In this document: positions 49,042 through 59,577 of the stretch, in pieces
How the letters are laid out: the number at the start of each line of letters is the position of its first letter
How positions within the stretch are numbered: the stretch's first letter is position 1
Assembly (NCBI GenBank): GCA_018676855.1
Contig: JABHDY010000003.1
Span: 445,907-509,906, forward strand
Source: Candidatus Woesearchaeota archaeon
Lineage (GTDB): Archaea > Nanobdellota > Nanobdellia > Woesearchaeales > GW2011-AR9
Direction: 5' to 3'
Length of the DNA: 64,000 nucleotides
Program-made: the position numbers and the translations under genes
Notes under the pieces: generated by a model
The model's database searches: none
Seen by the model: the letters and a program-made list of their open reading frames with translations, nothing else
What the model was told of the DNA's origin: nothing

Positions 49042-50922
49042 ATGAATATTAAAAATATACTATTGGTAGCAATACTTGTATTGTTTGCAAGTTCAGTATT
49101 TGTTGCGGCGGCACCTGACGTTGATTTAGTGGTAGATGACTTTTATCTAACATCGGTAAGCGGACAAAAATACAACTTGGATGATACATTTACGGCTGGA
49201 GAAGAAATAAATGTACATCTTACTGTACGAAATTGGGGTACGTCAGACGTTACAGATACGTTTCAAGTAGAGATTATGGCTTGTCGACCAGACGGAACAC
49301 GATGTCATATTCCTTCAAGTGTAGAAATACACTCGTTAGGAGCAGGAAAAGAAGTAACATACACAAGATCATTTACATTTTCTGATAATGATATTGTGAA
49401 TGGCAAATCTATGATTAAAATTCACGTTGATGGCGATAATCAGGTTGTAGAAACAAGTGAAGGAAATAACATTGAATCTGAAGAATTAAATGTACAAAAA
49501 TCGTTTGGTTCTCTATTTTTTGGTGTTGCTGTTAATGATTGGCCAGCACATAAAAATACTGCATTAACAAAAAATCTTAAGAACGCGTATGTTAACATGT
49601 ACACGGTTGTTCTTGATGGTGATGCATTTAAAGTAGTTAGTGTTGAAACTACAAGTACTGGTGCTAGTGAGTATCCTGTTGCACGGTTTACAATTGAACC
49701 AAGTCAAATGGTATACTTTGAAGGGTTTAGAACACGATCTGGAGCAGATCAGGGAGCAACTCAAAAGAAAGCTCTTTTATGGACCGCACCACCGTACAAA
49801 GTGTTTGGACCAAATATGTTATGTCAAACAGATTATACTAATGTTGACAGAATGTTACGGGGAAGTGAATCGTATGCATGCGCAACAATGTTAGCAGTTC
49901 CATACAAAGACATTGAATCTGTTGACTTTACATATCCAGATTTAACTGTAACATCTTTAGCTTACGGCGATACGTCATTTAAAGCGTTAGTATGTAATAC
50001 TGGAGAAGAAGCAGCGGCTAACTTTAAGATAACCTTTGGAGCGAATAACAAAGAAAATACGTTAACATACGTTCCAACATTGGCTGCAGGAAGTTGTGTT
50101 GAAATTTCTTCATGGGGATATAGCCACTTTGGAATTCAAGATACGTATGATACTGTAGAAGCAAAAGTTGATGTTGATTCGTACAACGACATTGTTGAAA
50201 GTGATGAAACTAACAATGGTGCTGTTCTTACACCCTCTTCAGTTTCAGAACGAAATTGGGTAGAACTTGTACTTGATAATAAGCGAGTTACTGGTCAAGC
50301 TATTGAGTATGACATAGTTTCAGCTACTTCGTATCCGACATCACAAAACTGTGTTGTTGAAAATGGAGAGAAGTTGTGTATTGAAAAAACGTACGTGACA
50401 GTTGGTAGTGATGGACGATACGACAAAATCATTTTTTGGATACGTGTTAATAGTGTTGGAACAAAAACGTTTGAACTTAATGCACGGGATAATAGGTTTA
50501 TTGCATTACGTGGGTTAGACAACGAGTACTTTACTGTTGAGCTTAATCCAATGCTAATGAACTTACGGATTTATCCTACAACTGATGGGGTAGCAGAAAG
50601 TGTTGTTGACAATGGTCAATTACCTGAACCTACAACAAATCCACAGTTCCTTGGTGACAGAAGCGTTTGTACAACTGGATGTTCATACAAAGGTAAATGT
50701 TTGGACGCAGGAACACGTATCAAGTTAGGAGATGTTGGCGAGTTTTGTAATTGGGACGGAACTATGGCAAAACAATTTGACGCTGGTGAATCATGTTCAA
50801 ACAATTACGAATGTGGAACGAACAGTTGTGTTAGCGGTAGTTGTGTTGATTTAGCAAAACGGTTAGACGATCAACAAAACTTACTTGAGAAAATTCTTGA
50901 GTGGTTAAAGAAACTATTTTAA
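49042..50922 (+). CDS. Secreted CARDB-domain surface protein with Cys-rich and amphipathic C-terminus
   Basis: GAGGT RBS; signal peptide; two CARDB-like units (VDLVV...VDGDNQVVETSEGNN; PDLTV...VDSYNDIVESDETNN); CSNNYECGTNSCVSGSC; LLEKILEWLKKLF. Confidence 0.85.
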   Translation: MNIKNILLVAILVLFASSVFVAAAPDVDLVVDDFYLTSVSGQKYNLDDTFTAGEEINVHLTVRNWGTSDVTDTFQVEIMACRPDGTRCHIPSSVEIHSLGAGKEVTYTRSFTFSDNDIVNGKSMIKIHVDGDNQVVETSEGNNIESEELNVQKSFGSLFFGVAVNDWPAHKNTALTKNLKNAYVNMYTVVLDGDAFKVVSVETTSTGASEYPVARFTIEPSQMVYFEGFRTRSGADQGATQKKALLWTAPPYKVFGPNMLCQTDYTNVDRMLRGSESYACATMLAVPYKDIESVDFTYPDLTVTSLAYGDTSFKALVCNTGEEAAANFKITFGANNKENTLTYVPTLAAGSCVEISSWGYSHFGIQDTYDTVEAKVDVDSYNDIVESDETNNGAVLTPSSVSERNWVELVLDNKRVTGQAIEYDIVSATSYPTSQNCVVENGEKLCIEKTYVTVGSDGRYDKIIFWIRVNSVGTKTFELNARDNRFIALRGLDNEYFTVELNPMLMNLRIYPTTDGVAESVVDNGQLPEPTTNPQFLGDRSVCTTGCSYKGKCLDAGTRIKLGDVGEFCNWDGTMAKQFDAGESCSNNYECGTNSCVSGSCVDLAKRLDDQQNLLEKILEWLKKLF

Positions 50923-50948
50923 TTTTTTTTTCTTTTAATTTTTTTTTG
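50921..50948 (+). terminator. Poly-T terminator-like tract
   Basis: Two T runs of about 9 nt immediately after the stop codon. Confidence 0.5.
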
Positions 50949-51007
50949 ATATATAAAAATTCTAAAAAGTAATAATAATGGTAATAATAAAAGTAAGAAT
51001 AAAAAAT

Positions 51008-51508
51008 CTATTTAATCCCTTGCAACTGCCGTTCTATATCTCGTAACTGACCCTCAAGTTGAGCTAAATTATCATCTTCAAGTTCTTGTTTAGGAGGAGC
51101 AGTTGTTGGTGCAGGTTGATTTACCACTTGTACTTGTGGTCCAATGCCCGCTGCTTTTTGTTGCTGTTCAGCTACGTTCTGCGGTGTTACTGCTCGTAAC
51201 TTACCTTTAGGAAGATATTTTCGCAATTTATCATTTACAAGAACGTTAAGTTGTTTCACTTCAATTTTTAACTGCGTAAAAAGTGCAACTTTTTCTTCCT
51301 GAATTCGTCTAAACTTTTCATAGCCCTGCATAAAGATAATAACTTCACGAAGTGATTCTAACAAATCTTTACGTACAAGTTTAGGTTCCGATACTTGAAC
51401 CATATAGTCTGGTTCAGTACTTTTTGTTTCAACCTTCTTAACAGGAGCACGTCTTTTAGTTGTTCTCTTTCGTGTCGTCTTTTTCTTTTTTGCAGCCATT
51501 TTAGTCAT
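51008..51508 (-). CDS. Hypothetical helical-hairpin protein with basic N-terminus (paralog C)
   Basis: KKKKTTRKRTTKRR N-terminus; PDYMVQVSE followed by a long helical segment; C-terminal helix LAQLEGQLRDIERQLQGI; start at 51508 or 51499. Confidence 0.75.
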   Translation of the reverse strand: MTKMAAKKKKTTRKRTTKRRAPVKKVETKSTEPDYMVQVSEPKLVRKDLLESLREVIIFMQGYEKFRRIQEEKVALFTQLKIEVKQLNVLVNDKLRKYLPKGKLRAVTPQNVAEQQQKAAGIGPQVQVVNQPAPTTAPPKQELEDDNLAQLEGQLRDIERQLQGIK

Positions 51509-51512
51509 GTTT

Positions 51513-51740
51513 TTAGAAATGTTCAGGTTCATTAAGAGAATGATCAATAAAATCAATCTTTTTCTCAACTTCTACTAACGTATTCTGCCAGACTTCTAAC
51601 TGGTGATCTTCTTCATTTTTAAGATCGTGAATCTTTGCAAGCGTTTCTTTCGCTTCTTCCATTTTTGTTCGAACCATCCGTAGAAGGCTTAAAACGTCAT
51701 CATATTCATCAATTTTTACAAATACAGGCATTCTATCCAT
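51513..51740 (-). CDS. Hypothetical helical-hairpin protein (paralog B)
   Basis: PVFVKIDEY followed by about 60 aa of heptad-patterned helix; GGTGA RBS upstream. Confidence 0.8.
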   Translation of the reverse strand: MDRMPVFVKIDEYDDVLSLLRMVRTKMEEAKETLAKIHDLKNEEDHQLEVWQNTLVEVEKKIDFIDHSLNEPEHF

Positions 51741-51742
51741 TT

Positions 51743-52219
51743 TTATTCACCTTGGCCCTTGAATAATACTTTATCCGCAATCAAGATACGGTCGTGTACA
51801 TTTCGCATAATCTTTTTGAGCTTTTCAAAATTATTTTCTTCATTGAATTCAGAATTTTCCAACCGTCTGTTTGCTTCTTGAAGAGATGTAATGTCAACTT
51901 TTAATGCGTCTAAATCTCCGAGAATACGTTGATACACGTTCATTTTAATGTATAATGGTTCACGTGTTAGTGATCGTTCTGGTTGTTGCTGCCGTACAGG
52001 TTGTTGTTGTACCTGTTCTTGTGGTGGTACTTCATCAACGTCTTCCTGAGGATATGCACTCTGTTTTTTAAATCCTGCAGCTTTTTTAATTTCTTCTGGT
52101 TCAATGACTTTCGCGGGTGGAGATGTAGTAGGAAAACGTAATGCTTTTTCGTCAAATGCTGGTCCTGGAGGAGGAGCATCTTGCATAATTTTCTTTTTCT
52201 TACCAAACAACCATCCCAT
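51743..52219 (-). CDS. Hypothetical helical-hairpin protein with MGWLFGKKKK N-terminus (paralog A)
   Basis: Amphipathic/basic N-terminus, Pro/Gln-rich linker, PLYIKMNVY followed by about 60-aa helix; GAGGT RBS. Confidence 0.8.
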   Translation of the reverse strand: MGWLFGKKKKIMQDAPPPGPAFDEKALRFPTTSPPAKVIEPEEIKKAAGFKKQSAYPQEDVDEVPPQEQVQQQPVRQQQPERSLTREPLYIKMNVYQRILGDLDALKVDITSLQEANRRLENSEFNEENNFEKLKKIMRNVHDRILIADKVLFKGQGE

Positions 52220-52315
52220 TTTAATATCTTACCTCAAGAACGTTTAAAAACTTTGTTTAGTATTCTTACGTAGTAAAAACATAATATAAGCGAACCTGTA
52301 TTCTCCTCATATTCG

Positions 52316-54505
52316 ATGAAAATACTATTTTGTTTTTTCTTGTTTATTATTCTTATAGTGTGTACGTCCATTTCTATAGCGGATATTACAATTAATGAGG
52401 TGATGTACGCTCCCACGACAGATTTTGGCGGTTCGTCTAATGAATGGATCGAATTATACACTTATGATACTATGCAGTACAATTTATCTGAATGTACATT
52501 AAATAATAAATCACTTCATGGAATAATAAACGATTCTTCTTATGTAATTCTTGTAAGAAATAAAGAAAAGTTTATTGAAATTTATGAAACTAATTTTACT
52601 TCAATAGTAGAAGTAAGTTTTGGCCGTGGGTTATCAAATAAAGGTGCTGAAATTATTCTTAATTGCAATGATAATTTTGACAATATGGATTATGATGGAA
52701 CTTTAGGAATACAAGGAAAAACGCTCGAAATGAATAAAGATGGTGAATGGAAAGAAAGTTTGGTAGATGGTGGAACTCCTGGAATGAAGAATAGTGTGTA
52801 CGATTTCAGTTATGATTATTCTGATTTAGAAATTACTGAAATAATGGTCGATCCATTAGGAGATGATGATGCAACTAAACCATTGGGTGAATGGATAGAA
52901 TTGTACAATTCTGGTGATGATTCAGTTTATTTAGATGGTTTAGTTTTATATGATGAAGATGACGCTAACGAGTTATATATAACCAAAACTAATACTAATA
53001 CTTTAGAGTTGTGTAGTAAATGTTATACTGTTGTGTACAGAGATAACGATGGAGATTTTGATTTAAGCAAAGTTGAAGACTCTGTACGATTATATACTGG
53101 ATATCCAATTTCAGACAATCTCCTTATTGATGAGATTAGTTTTACAAATGCAATAGAGGGAACAAGTTTTAGTAAGTTTGATAATGGATGGTACAAAACA
53201 GTTCCAACTCCAGGAAACGAGAATAAGTATACTGCGGGATGTGATTGGAAGATTGAAATAGACATGAACAATTCTATTTTTCATACAACGGATATGGATT
53301 TTGATATTATTGTTAGTAGGATTTTTGGAGAGAAACAAAATGTTACTGTAAAAGGTATTATTGAAAATGTTTTTGGCGAACCCATAAAAGAATATTCTCC
53401 TTGGACAAATAAAAAGATCACAACAAGTAATACAAAAAAATATACGCCAAATTTGCATGAGGGTGTCTACCAGATACGTTTTTGGATTGAAAGTCTTATG
53501 TGTGGCGATACTGACAATACAAATAATGATGTAACTAAACTTGTTGCAATTAACCCACAATATAAAGAAACTACATCATCTCTTGAAATTGAAAGAATGT
53601 ATTTAGGGAATGATAATAAAGCAGAATGGGGAGATCAATTTACGGCAAAGATTAATGTGTATAAAGGTAATGAAACAAGGTACTCTGTTCAGGTATGGGT
53701 AGAAAAAGATGATGAAAAAGTTAGTAAAACTACAAAGTTAAGTATACATGATCAGTATAAACAATATCCATTAACTATTCCCATTCAACTTGAACCAAAT
53801 TGTAATAATAAAATTGATGATGGAAATGTATTGTTAGTTGTGGAAGCGTTTGGATTACGTACAGAGAAAGAGTTTCTTGTTAAAGGCGTTGACAATGAAA
53901 TTTGTAAAGATTATTTAGATTATATTAAGGATCAGGAAGATGAAATTGAACGGAAAAAAGTTGGATATAGAATAATAGAAAAACCTTTAGAAATATTCTC
54001 TGGAGAAATATTTCCTATCAAAGTTCAGTTATTAAACGGTAATGATGTTCAACCATATACTGTCTGGAGTTATATGTATAGGGGAAGTACATGTTATTCT
54101 TGTGACGGTTCTGAAAGGGACGGGAACAAACAACGCGTTATTTTACAACCTGACGAAGTACAAATTGTTGAATTTCTTTTGAAAGCTGATGATGTACAGG
54201 AAGGTGAGTATAAGATTAAAGTTAAAGTTCAGAAAGGCAATCAGAAAACTGTTAAAGATATTACAGAAACGATAACTGTTGTGTCTGAGAAGAAAACATT
54301 GTCTGAATCGTTACCTTTATTTGTTGAATCTGGTGGTGGAAATGTCTCTTCTCCATTTTCTTCAAAAACTCGCGTGTTTGGCAATTCCTTAACGGGAGGG
54401 GTTGTTGTCTATGAATCAAGTGGCGTGAAAGCGAAGAAACTTATTCCTGTATTGTTGTTCGTTACCTTCGGCTTAGTATGTTTGGTGTTGATTTGGAAGA
54501 AGTAG
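52316..54505 (+). CDS. Surface protein with two lamin-tail domains and a C-terminal membrane anchor
   Basis: ITINEVMYAP...NEWIELY...GTPG and ITEIMVDP...GEWIELYN...PTPG; signal peptide; C-terminal TM plus KK. Confidence 0.88.
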   Translation: MKILFCFFLFIILIVCTSISIADITINEVMYAPTTDFGGSSNEWIELYTYDTMQYNLSECTLNNKSLHGIINDSSYVILVRNKEKFIEIYETNFTSIVEVSFGRGLSNKGAEIILNCNDNFDNMDYDGTLGIQGKTLEMNKDGEWKESLVDGGTPGMKNSVYDFSYDYSDLEITEIMVDPLGDDDATKPLGEWIELYNSGDDSVYLDGLVLYDEDDANELYITKTNTNTLELCSKCYTVVYRDNDGDFDLSKVEDSVRLYTGYPISDNLLIDEISFTNAIEGTSFSKFDNGWYKTVPTPGNENKYTAGCDWKIEIDMNNSIFHTTDMDFDIIVSRIFGEKQNVTVKGIIENVFGEPIKEYSPWTNKKITTSNTKKYTPNLHEGVYQIRFWIESLMCGDTDNTNNDVTKLVAINPQYKETTSSLEIERMYLGNDNKAEWGDQFTAKINVYKGNETRYSVQVWVEKDDEKVSKTTKLSIHDQYKQYPLTIPIQLEPNCNNKIDDGNVLLVVEAFGLRTEKEFLVKGVDNEICKDYLDYIKDQEDEIERKKVGYRIIEKPLEIFSGEIFPIKVQLLNGNDVQPYTVWSYMYRGSTCYSCDGSERDGNKQRVILQPDEVQIVEFLLKADDVQEGEYKIKVKVQKGNQKTVKDITETITVVSEKKTLSESLPLFVESGGGNVSSPFSSKTRVFGNSLTGGVVVYESSGVKAKKLIPVLLFVTFGLVCLVLIWKK

Positions 54506-54564
54506 TTCTTAGTTACTTTACAGTTCCAAAACACTTAAAAACCTCCCCTTATTAGACATCTCTC

Positions 54565-55143
54565 ATGGAGAAAAATATAACGTTTAGAACAGTAATAGAA
54601 ATTCTTGGAAAACCGCAGGAACATGTAGAAAAGTCCATCAAAGAGTATGTCAAGAAGCTTAAAGATGATGATAAATATGAAGTTCTTGAAGAAGAATTTG
54701 CAGATATTAAGAAACAGGAAGATCAAGATTTATGGGCAACCTTCGCAGAACTGGAAGTGAAAACCTCTTCATTACAAGATCTTAGCGCGTTTTGTTTTGA
54801 ATACATGCCTTCTCTTATGGAAATCATTGAACCTAAAAAAATGAACCTTACTGATTCAAACGTATCAGAATTTCTAAGCGATCTTCAATCAAAATTACAT
54901 CAAATAGATATGGTTGCGAAACATGTTAAGATGGAAAATGATATGTTGAAGAAAAGTATTAATTCTCTCCTTAAAAATTATATTGTTGTTCTATTGCGAC
55001 CACGAAATTTAACAGCAGATCAATTAAGTAAATTAACGGGTGTTGCGCAAGATAAATTGGAAGATTTTTTGGATCAGTTGATTGATGAAGGAAGAATAGA
55101 TTTAAAAGAGGGAATATATTTCCTTACAGATACTAAAAAATGA
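54565..55143 (+). CDS. Conserved archaeal hypothetical protein with C-terminal wHTH-like segment
   Basis: IEILGKPQEHV...FAELE...EYMPSLMEIIEP; coiled coil; LTADQLSKLTGV...LIDEGRI. Confidence 0.8.
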   Translation: MEKNITFRTVIEILGKPQEHVEKSIKEYVKKLKDDDKYEVLEEEFADIKKQEDQDLWATFAELEVKTSSLQDLSAFCFEYMPSLMEIIEPKKMNLTDSNVSEFLSDLQSKLHQIDMVAKHVKMENDMLKKSINSLLKNYIVVLLRPRNLTADQLSKLTGVAQDKLEDFLDQLIDEGRIDLKEGIYFLTDTKK

Positions 55144-55763
55144 GTAGTGATGAAAAAAGGGTAGAGGCTGTTATTTTTGCAGTTGGTAAAGAGATTACAA
55201 CAGAAAGAATTGCACATTTATGTTCTTTAGATAATAAAAATGTTGAAAAAATTATGAAAGGATTACAGAAAGAGTACTCTCAACGAGATCATTCCCTCCA
55301 GATTGTTACAAAAGATAATGGATGGAAATTAACAGTAAGAGATGAGTTCGTTCCGTTAGTAAGCAGTATAGTTTCTTCAACAGAACTTGAAAAACCACTC
55401 ATGGAAACGTTGGCAGTTATTGCATGGAAATATCCTATTATTCAATCAGAGATTGTTAAGTTACGTGGAGCAAGTGCGTATGATCATATGAAACAGTTAG
55501 GGGAGCAAGGTTTTATTGCAAAGGAAAAGTTTGGCCGAACATACAAAGTTAAATTGACACAGAAATTTTTCGGATATTTTGATTTACCAACAGAAGAAGC
55601 AAAAAATGCGTTCCTAAAATTAGTACCTGAAGACGTTCTTGCAGAAGCAGAAAATGTTCATAAAGAAGCTGACGAAGTTGAACGGTTAGTTGAGTTGGAG
55701 AAGAACGAAAAAGGTTCTAAAGATGAGATTAGAAGTGCGATGGACGATGTTCAGAAAGAGTAA
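55140..55763 (+). CDS. scpB: SMC-Scp complex subunit ScpB
   Basis: VEAVIFA, METLAVIAWKYPIIQSEIVKLRG..AYDHMKQL, LTQKFFGYF. Confidence 0.93.
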   Translation: MSSDEKRVEAVIFAVGKEITTERIAHLCSLDNKNVEKIMKGLQKEYSQRDHSLQIVTKDNGWKLTVRDEFVPLVSSIVSSTELEKPLMETLAVIAWKYPIIQSEIVKLRGASAYDHMKQLGEQGFIAKEKFGRTYKVKLTQKFFGYFDLPTEEAKNAFLKLVPEDVLAEAENVHKEADEVERLVELEKNEKGSKDEIRSAMDDVQKE

Positions 55764-55849
55764 TATAACCGACAGCTTTATAAACCTCCAAATTCTTTAT
55801 ATTAGTGTAATTTACCGACGATAAACAATACTTTTAAAATATTAAAAAA

Positions 55850-58417
55850 ATGACTGAAAATAGCCCAGAAACTAAGGACAAAATCATTTCAAAAGTGATT
55901 GAAGATGAGATGAAACAGGCATACGTCAATTATGCTATGTCTGTCATAGTTGGGAGGGCCCTGCCTGATGTTAGAGACGGTTTGAAGCCTGTTCATAGAA
56001 GGATTCTGTACAGTATGTTTGACATGGGTATGCTTCATAATAGACCGTTTAAGAAATGTGCACGTATTGTAGGGGAAGTTTTAGGAAAGTATCATCCTCA
56101 CGGTGACAGTTCTGTATATGACGCCCTTGTACGTATGGCCCAAGACTTTTCATTACGATATCCTCTTGTTAAAGGTCAAGGAAATTTTGGAAGTATTGAT
56201 GGCGATTCTGCAGCTGCAATGAGATATACGGAAGCGAAACTTAACAAGCTTGCAGAAGATTTGTTGAAAGATATTGACAAAGAAACCGTATCATTCAAAC
56301 CTAATTTTGATGCTTCGTTAAAGGAACCAGAAGTACTTCCAAGCGTTATTCCAAATTTACTCATTAATGGTTCTTCAGGAATTGCTGTTGGTATGGCAAC
56401 GAACATTCCACCACATAACGTTAACGAAGTATGTAGTGGTGTTATTGCAACTATTAACAATCCAGACATTACAACTGAAGAATTGATGGAAATCATTCCT
56501 GCACCTGACTTTCCAACTGGTGGAGAAGTTATATGTGGAAATGCGTTATGGTACGCATATTCTAAAGGAAAGGGAAAAGTTAAGATTAAAGCAATAACAG
56601 AATTTGAAGATGATAAAATTATTGTAAAAGAAATTCCGTACCAAGTTAATAAAGAAGAACTTATTCAACATATTGCGTCGCTTGTTCGTGATAAACGAAT
56701 TATTGGAATTAGAAATATTAATGATGAATCGGATAGGGAAGGTATCAGAATAGTTATTGATCTTAAGAAAGATACCGATGCAAATGTTATCCTTAACCAA
56801 CTTTTTAAGTATAGTAGGTTAAAAATATCGTTCGGCATAACTTTCCTTGCATTAGTAAATAATGAACCTAAACGTCTTGGTTTGATAGAGTTCATGCAAC
56901 ATCATATTAACCATAGAAAAGACGTTATTACAAAAAGAACACAATATGATTTATTGCAGGCACAAAAACGTGTTCATATTCTTGACGGTCTTCTTATTGC
57001 ATTAGAGAATATTGATACTGTTATTCCAGGAATTAAAAAGAGTGCAACTGTTGAAGATGCAAAACAGTTCCTTATGGAAACGTATGATCTGAGTGAATTA
57101 CAAGCAAAAGCTATTCTTGAAATGCGCCTTCAGAAACTTGCATCTCTTGAACAGGACAAAATTAGAAATGAACATACAGAATTACATGAAAAAATCACGT
57201 TATATGAATCAATCCTTGCATCTGAAGAGAAAGTTTTAGACCTTATAAAAACTGAACTTATAGAAATTAAAGAAAAGTATGGTGATGAACGACGATCGAA
57301 GATTATATACGGAGAGGACGAAGATTTTGACATTGAAGAATTGATTGAAGAAAGTACAGTTGTTGTTACAATGACAAATTCTGGGTATATCAAACGTCTT
57401 CCATTAGATACGTATAAGACACAGAGACGTGGCGGTAAGGGTATGATTGCTGCTGGAACAAGGGAAGAAGATTTTGTTGAAAAGGTTTATGTTACAAGTA
57501 CGCACGATTATGTGTTATTCTTTACAGATAAAGGACAGTTATATTGGTTAAAAGTATATCAAATACCTGAGGGTAGGAGACAATCTAAAGGCAAACATAT
57601 TGTTAACCTTATTGATTTACGTCAGGATGAAAAAATCACTGCAACCGTACCAGTACGAGATTTTAAGGAAGGATTTCTTTTCATGGCAACAGAAATGGGA
57701 ACGGTAAAAAAAACAGAACTAACATACTTTTCAAAGCCAAGAAAAGCAGGTATTCGTGCCCTTACGCTTGATGAAGGTGATACACTTGTTGGTGTACGGT
57801 ACACTAACGGTAATCATGAAATTCTTCTTGCAACTAAGAAAGGTCTTGCAAATAGGTTTAAAGAAAAAGATATCAGATCAATGGGAAGAACTGCACGCGG
57901 AGTTAGAGGTATAAGATTATCTTCTGAAGATAAAGTTATTGGAATGCTCGCTGCAGAAGAGGGTAAGAATATTCTTACGATAACAGAGAAAGGTTATGGA
58001 AAAAGAACTCCAGTATCAGATTATCGTTTATGTAAACGTGGCGGTAAAGGTGTTATGAACATGAGAATAACAGAAAAGAATGGTCCTGTAAAATCTGTAA
58101 AGCTTGTTGATGGAAATGAAGAACTTATGTTAATTTCAAAGAACGGTATTGGTATTAGAATAAAATGTTCAGACATTTCAATCATAGGACGTGCAACACA
58201 GGGTGTCCGTGTTATGCGTATGAATGATAATGATGAAGTTGCTGCAGCTGCCAAAGTTGTTATTGAAGATGGTGAAGTTGCAGAAATTGAAAATGAAGAA
58301 TCTTCAGATTCAGTAACAGAAGATCTACCCGAAGCACAAGAAACACAAGAAGCACAAGAAACGGAAGATATAGAAGAAACACAAGAAGCAGATGAAACAG
58401 AAGATGTGAAAGAATGA
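55850..58417 (+). CDS. gyrA: DNA gyrase subunit A
   Basis: [37 protein letters not shown], GyrA-box QRRGGKG, beta-pinwheel repeats, acidic tail. Confidence 0.98.
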   Translation: MTENSPETKDKIISKVIEDEMKQAYVNYAMSVIVGRALPDVRDGLKPVHRRILYSMFDMGMLHNRPFKKCARIVGEVLGKYHPHGDSSVYDALVRMAQDFSLRYPLVKGQGNFGSIDGDSAAAMRYTEAKLNKLAEDLLKDIDKETVSFKPNFDASLKEPEVLPSVIPNLLINGSSGIAVGMATNIPPHNVNEVCSGVIATINNPDITTEELMEIIPAPDFPTGGEVICGNALWYAYSKGKGKVKIKAITEFEDDKIIVKEIPYQVNKEELIQHIASLVRDKRIIGIRNINDESDREGIRIVIDLKKDTDANVILNQLFKYSRLKISFGITFLALVNNEPKRLGLIEFMQHHINHRKDVITKRTQYDLLQAQKRVHILDGLLIALENIDTVIPGIKKSATVEDAKQFLMETYDLSELQAKAILEMRLQKLASLEQDKIRNEHTELHEKITLYESILASEEKVLDLIKTELIEIKEKYGDERRSKIIYGEDEDFDIEELIEESTVVVTMTNSGYIKRLPLDTYKTQRRGGKGMIAAGTREEDFVEKVYVTSTHDYVLFFTDKGQLYWLKVYQIPEGRRQSKGKHIVNLIDLRQDEKITATVPVRDFKEGFLFMATEMGTVKKTELTYFSKPRKAGIRALTLDEGDTLVGVRYTNGNHEILLATKKGLANRFKEKDIRSMGRTARGVRGIRLSSEDKVIGMLAAEEGKNILTITEKGYGKRTPVSDYRLCKRGGKGVMNMRITEKNGPVKSVKLVDGNEELMLISKNGIGIRIKCSDISIIGRATQGVRVMRMNDNDEVAAAAKVVIEDGEVAEIENEESSDSVTEDLPEAQETQEAQETEDIEETQEADETEDVKE
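58331..58414 (+). repeat. 9-nt-period degenerate tandem repeat encoding the acidic GyrA tail
   Basis: gaagcacaa gaaacacaa gaagcacaa gaaacggaa..., encoding [28 protein letters not shown]. Confidence 0.75.
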
Positions 58418-59511
58418 ATCTTTATGCTTTCGTACGACCTGGAACAGAACTCGTTTCTCAGAAAGAAATACAAGAAGTTTGTAATGTAAATTCTATCATT
58501 CACAATTCCGTTCTTGAGTTTGATGTTAAGAATAAAGAAGATATTGTTCAAGCAGTGTACCATCTTCAGTCTGTACGGCGACTTGTTTTTTCTTTAGGCA
58601 AGTATCAAGATATTGAATCAATCAATTTCAATTCTGTCCAATTTCCTTGGAAAGACATATTTTCCAAAACGTGTTCGTGCAAAGTTGATGTTGAAGGTGT
58701 TAAAGGTCAAGATAATAGAATAACTATTGCAAAAAATGTTCTTTCATCATTACTTCCAACAATAGAACAAAAATGTGGTTTCACCCCAAATATTGACGTA
58801 AAAAATCCATCAATAATAATTTCCGTTTTTCATAATGGAGATAATTATTTTATTGGTATTGATATGTGTGGTAAGGAACTTGATGCACGGTTTTATCGTG
58901 TATTTCCTCATTCTGGTTCGTTTAAAGGAGATTTAGCATATTACTTTGTACGAAAGTCTGGATTTAGTAAAGGCGAACAATTACTTATAGGTTTTGTTAA
59001 AGATGGTGCGTTAGTTATAGAAGCAGCAATTTTTGAATCAACGTACCTTGTTCAAGACATAACACAAAAAGATTTGTCACTATTTTCATTTCCATTATTT
59101 CACAACTTTGATTTTGATCAAGTAATTTCTAATCCTACACAAGATAATAACAAAAACATTTTTGCATTTGATGAAAGTACACGAAATCATACTGCTGCAC
59201 GTAAAAACATCAAAATTGCAGGCGTTTCTTCACAAATTGAAATATCAAAACACGATATTGACGATCTTGATGTTCGATATTCAAAAGATCAATTTAATCG
59301 GCTCATTTTTCACGTAACGACAAAGGATGAAGAAAGAATTAATGAAATATATTATCAAGCATCCTACGTCTTACAAAAAAAAGGAACACTTTTATTTATT
59401 GGCCGCGAAAATTGGGACGTATCAGTTTCTGAAAAATTCACTTTGATAGAAAAAGAGGAGATTGTTCATGGAAAAGGAAAGTATGTGTTATGGCTTCTCG
59501 AAAAGAAATAA
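58414..59511 (+). CDS. THUMP + Rossmann methyltransferase-like protein (Trm14/RlmL-like) with degenerate motifs
   Basis: [20 protein letters not shown]...LAY linker typical of Trm14/RlmL; SAM motif region reads [13 protein letters not shown]; no NPPY. Confidence 0.7.
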   Translation: MNLYAFVRPGTELVSQKEIQEVCNVNSIIHNSVLEFDVKNKEDIVQAVYHLQSVRRLVFSLGKYQDIESINFNSVQFPWKDIFSKTCSCKVDVEGVKGQDNRITIAKNVLSSLLPTIEQKCGFTPNIDVKNPSIIISVFHNGDNYFIGIDMCGKELDARFYRVFPHSGSFKGDLAYYFVRKSGFSKGEQLLIGFVKDGALVIEAAIFESTYLVQDITQKDLSLFSFPLFHNFDFDQVISNPTQDNNKNIFAFDESTRNHTAARKNIKIAGVSSQIEISKHDIDDLDVRYSKDQFNRLIFHVTTKDEERINEIYYQASYVLQKKGTLLFIGRENWDVSVSEKFTLIEKEEIVHGKGKYVLWLLEKK

Positions 59512-59577
59512 TTTTTGTACTGAATCGTTCTCAAAACAAATCTTTTATATACTTTTATCTCTTCGTTGGTATGAAGA

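Noticed and set aside
58021-58563. 180-aa - strand ORF
   Set aside because: Antisense to the gyrA acidic tail, which explains its Ser-rich low complexity
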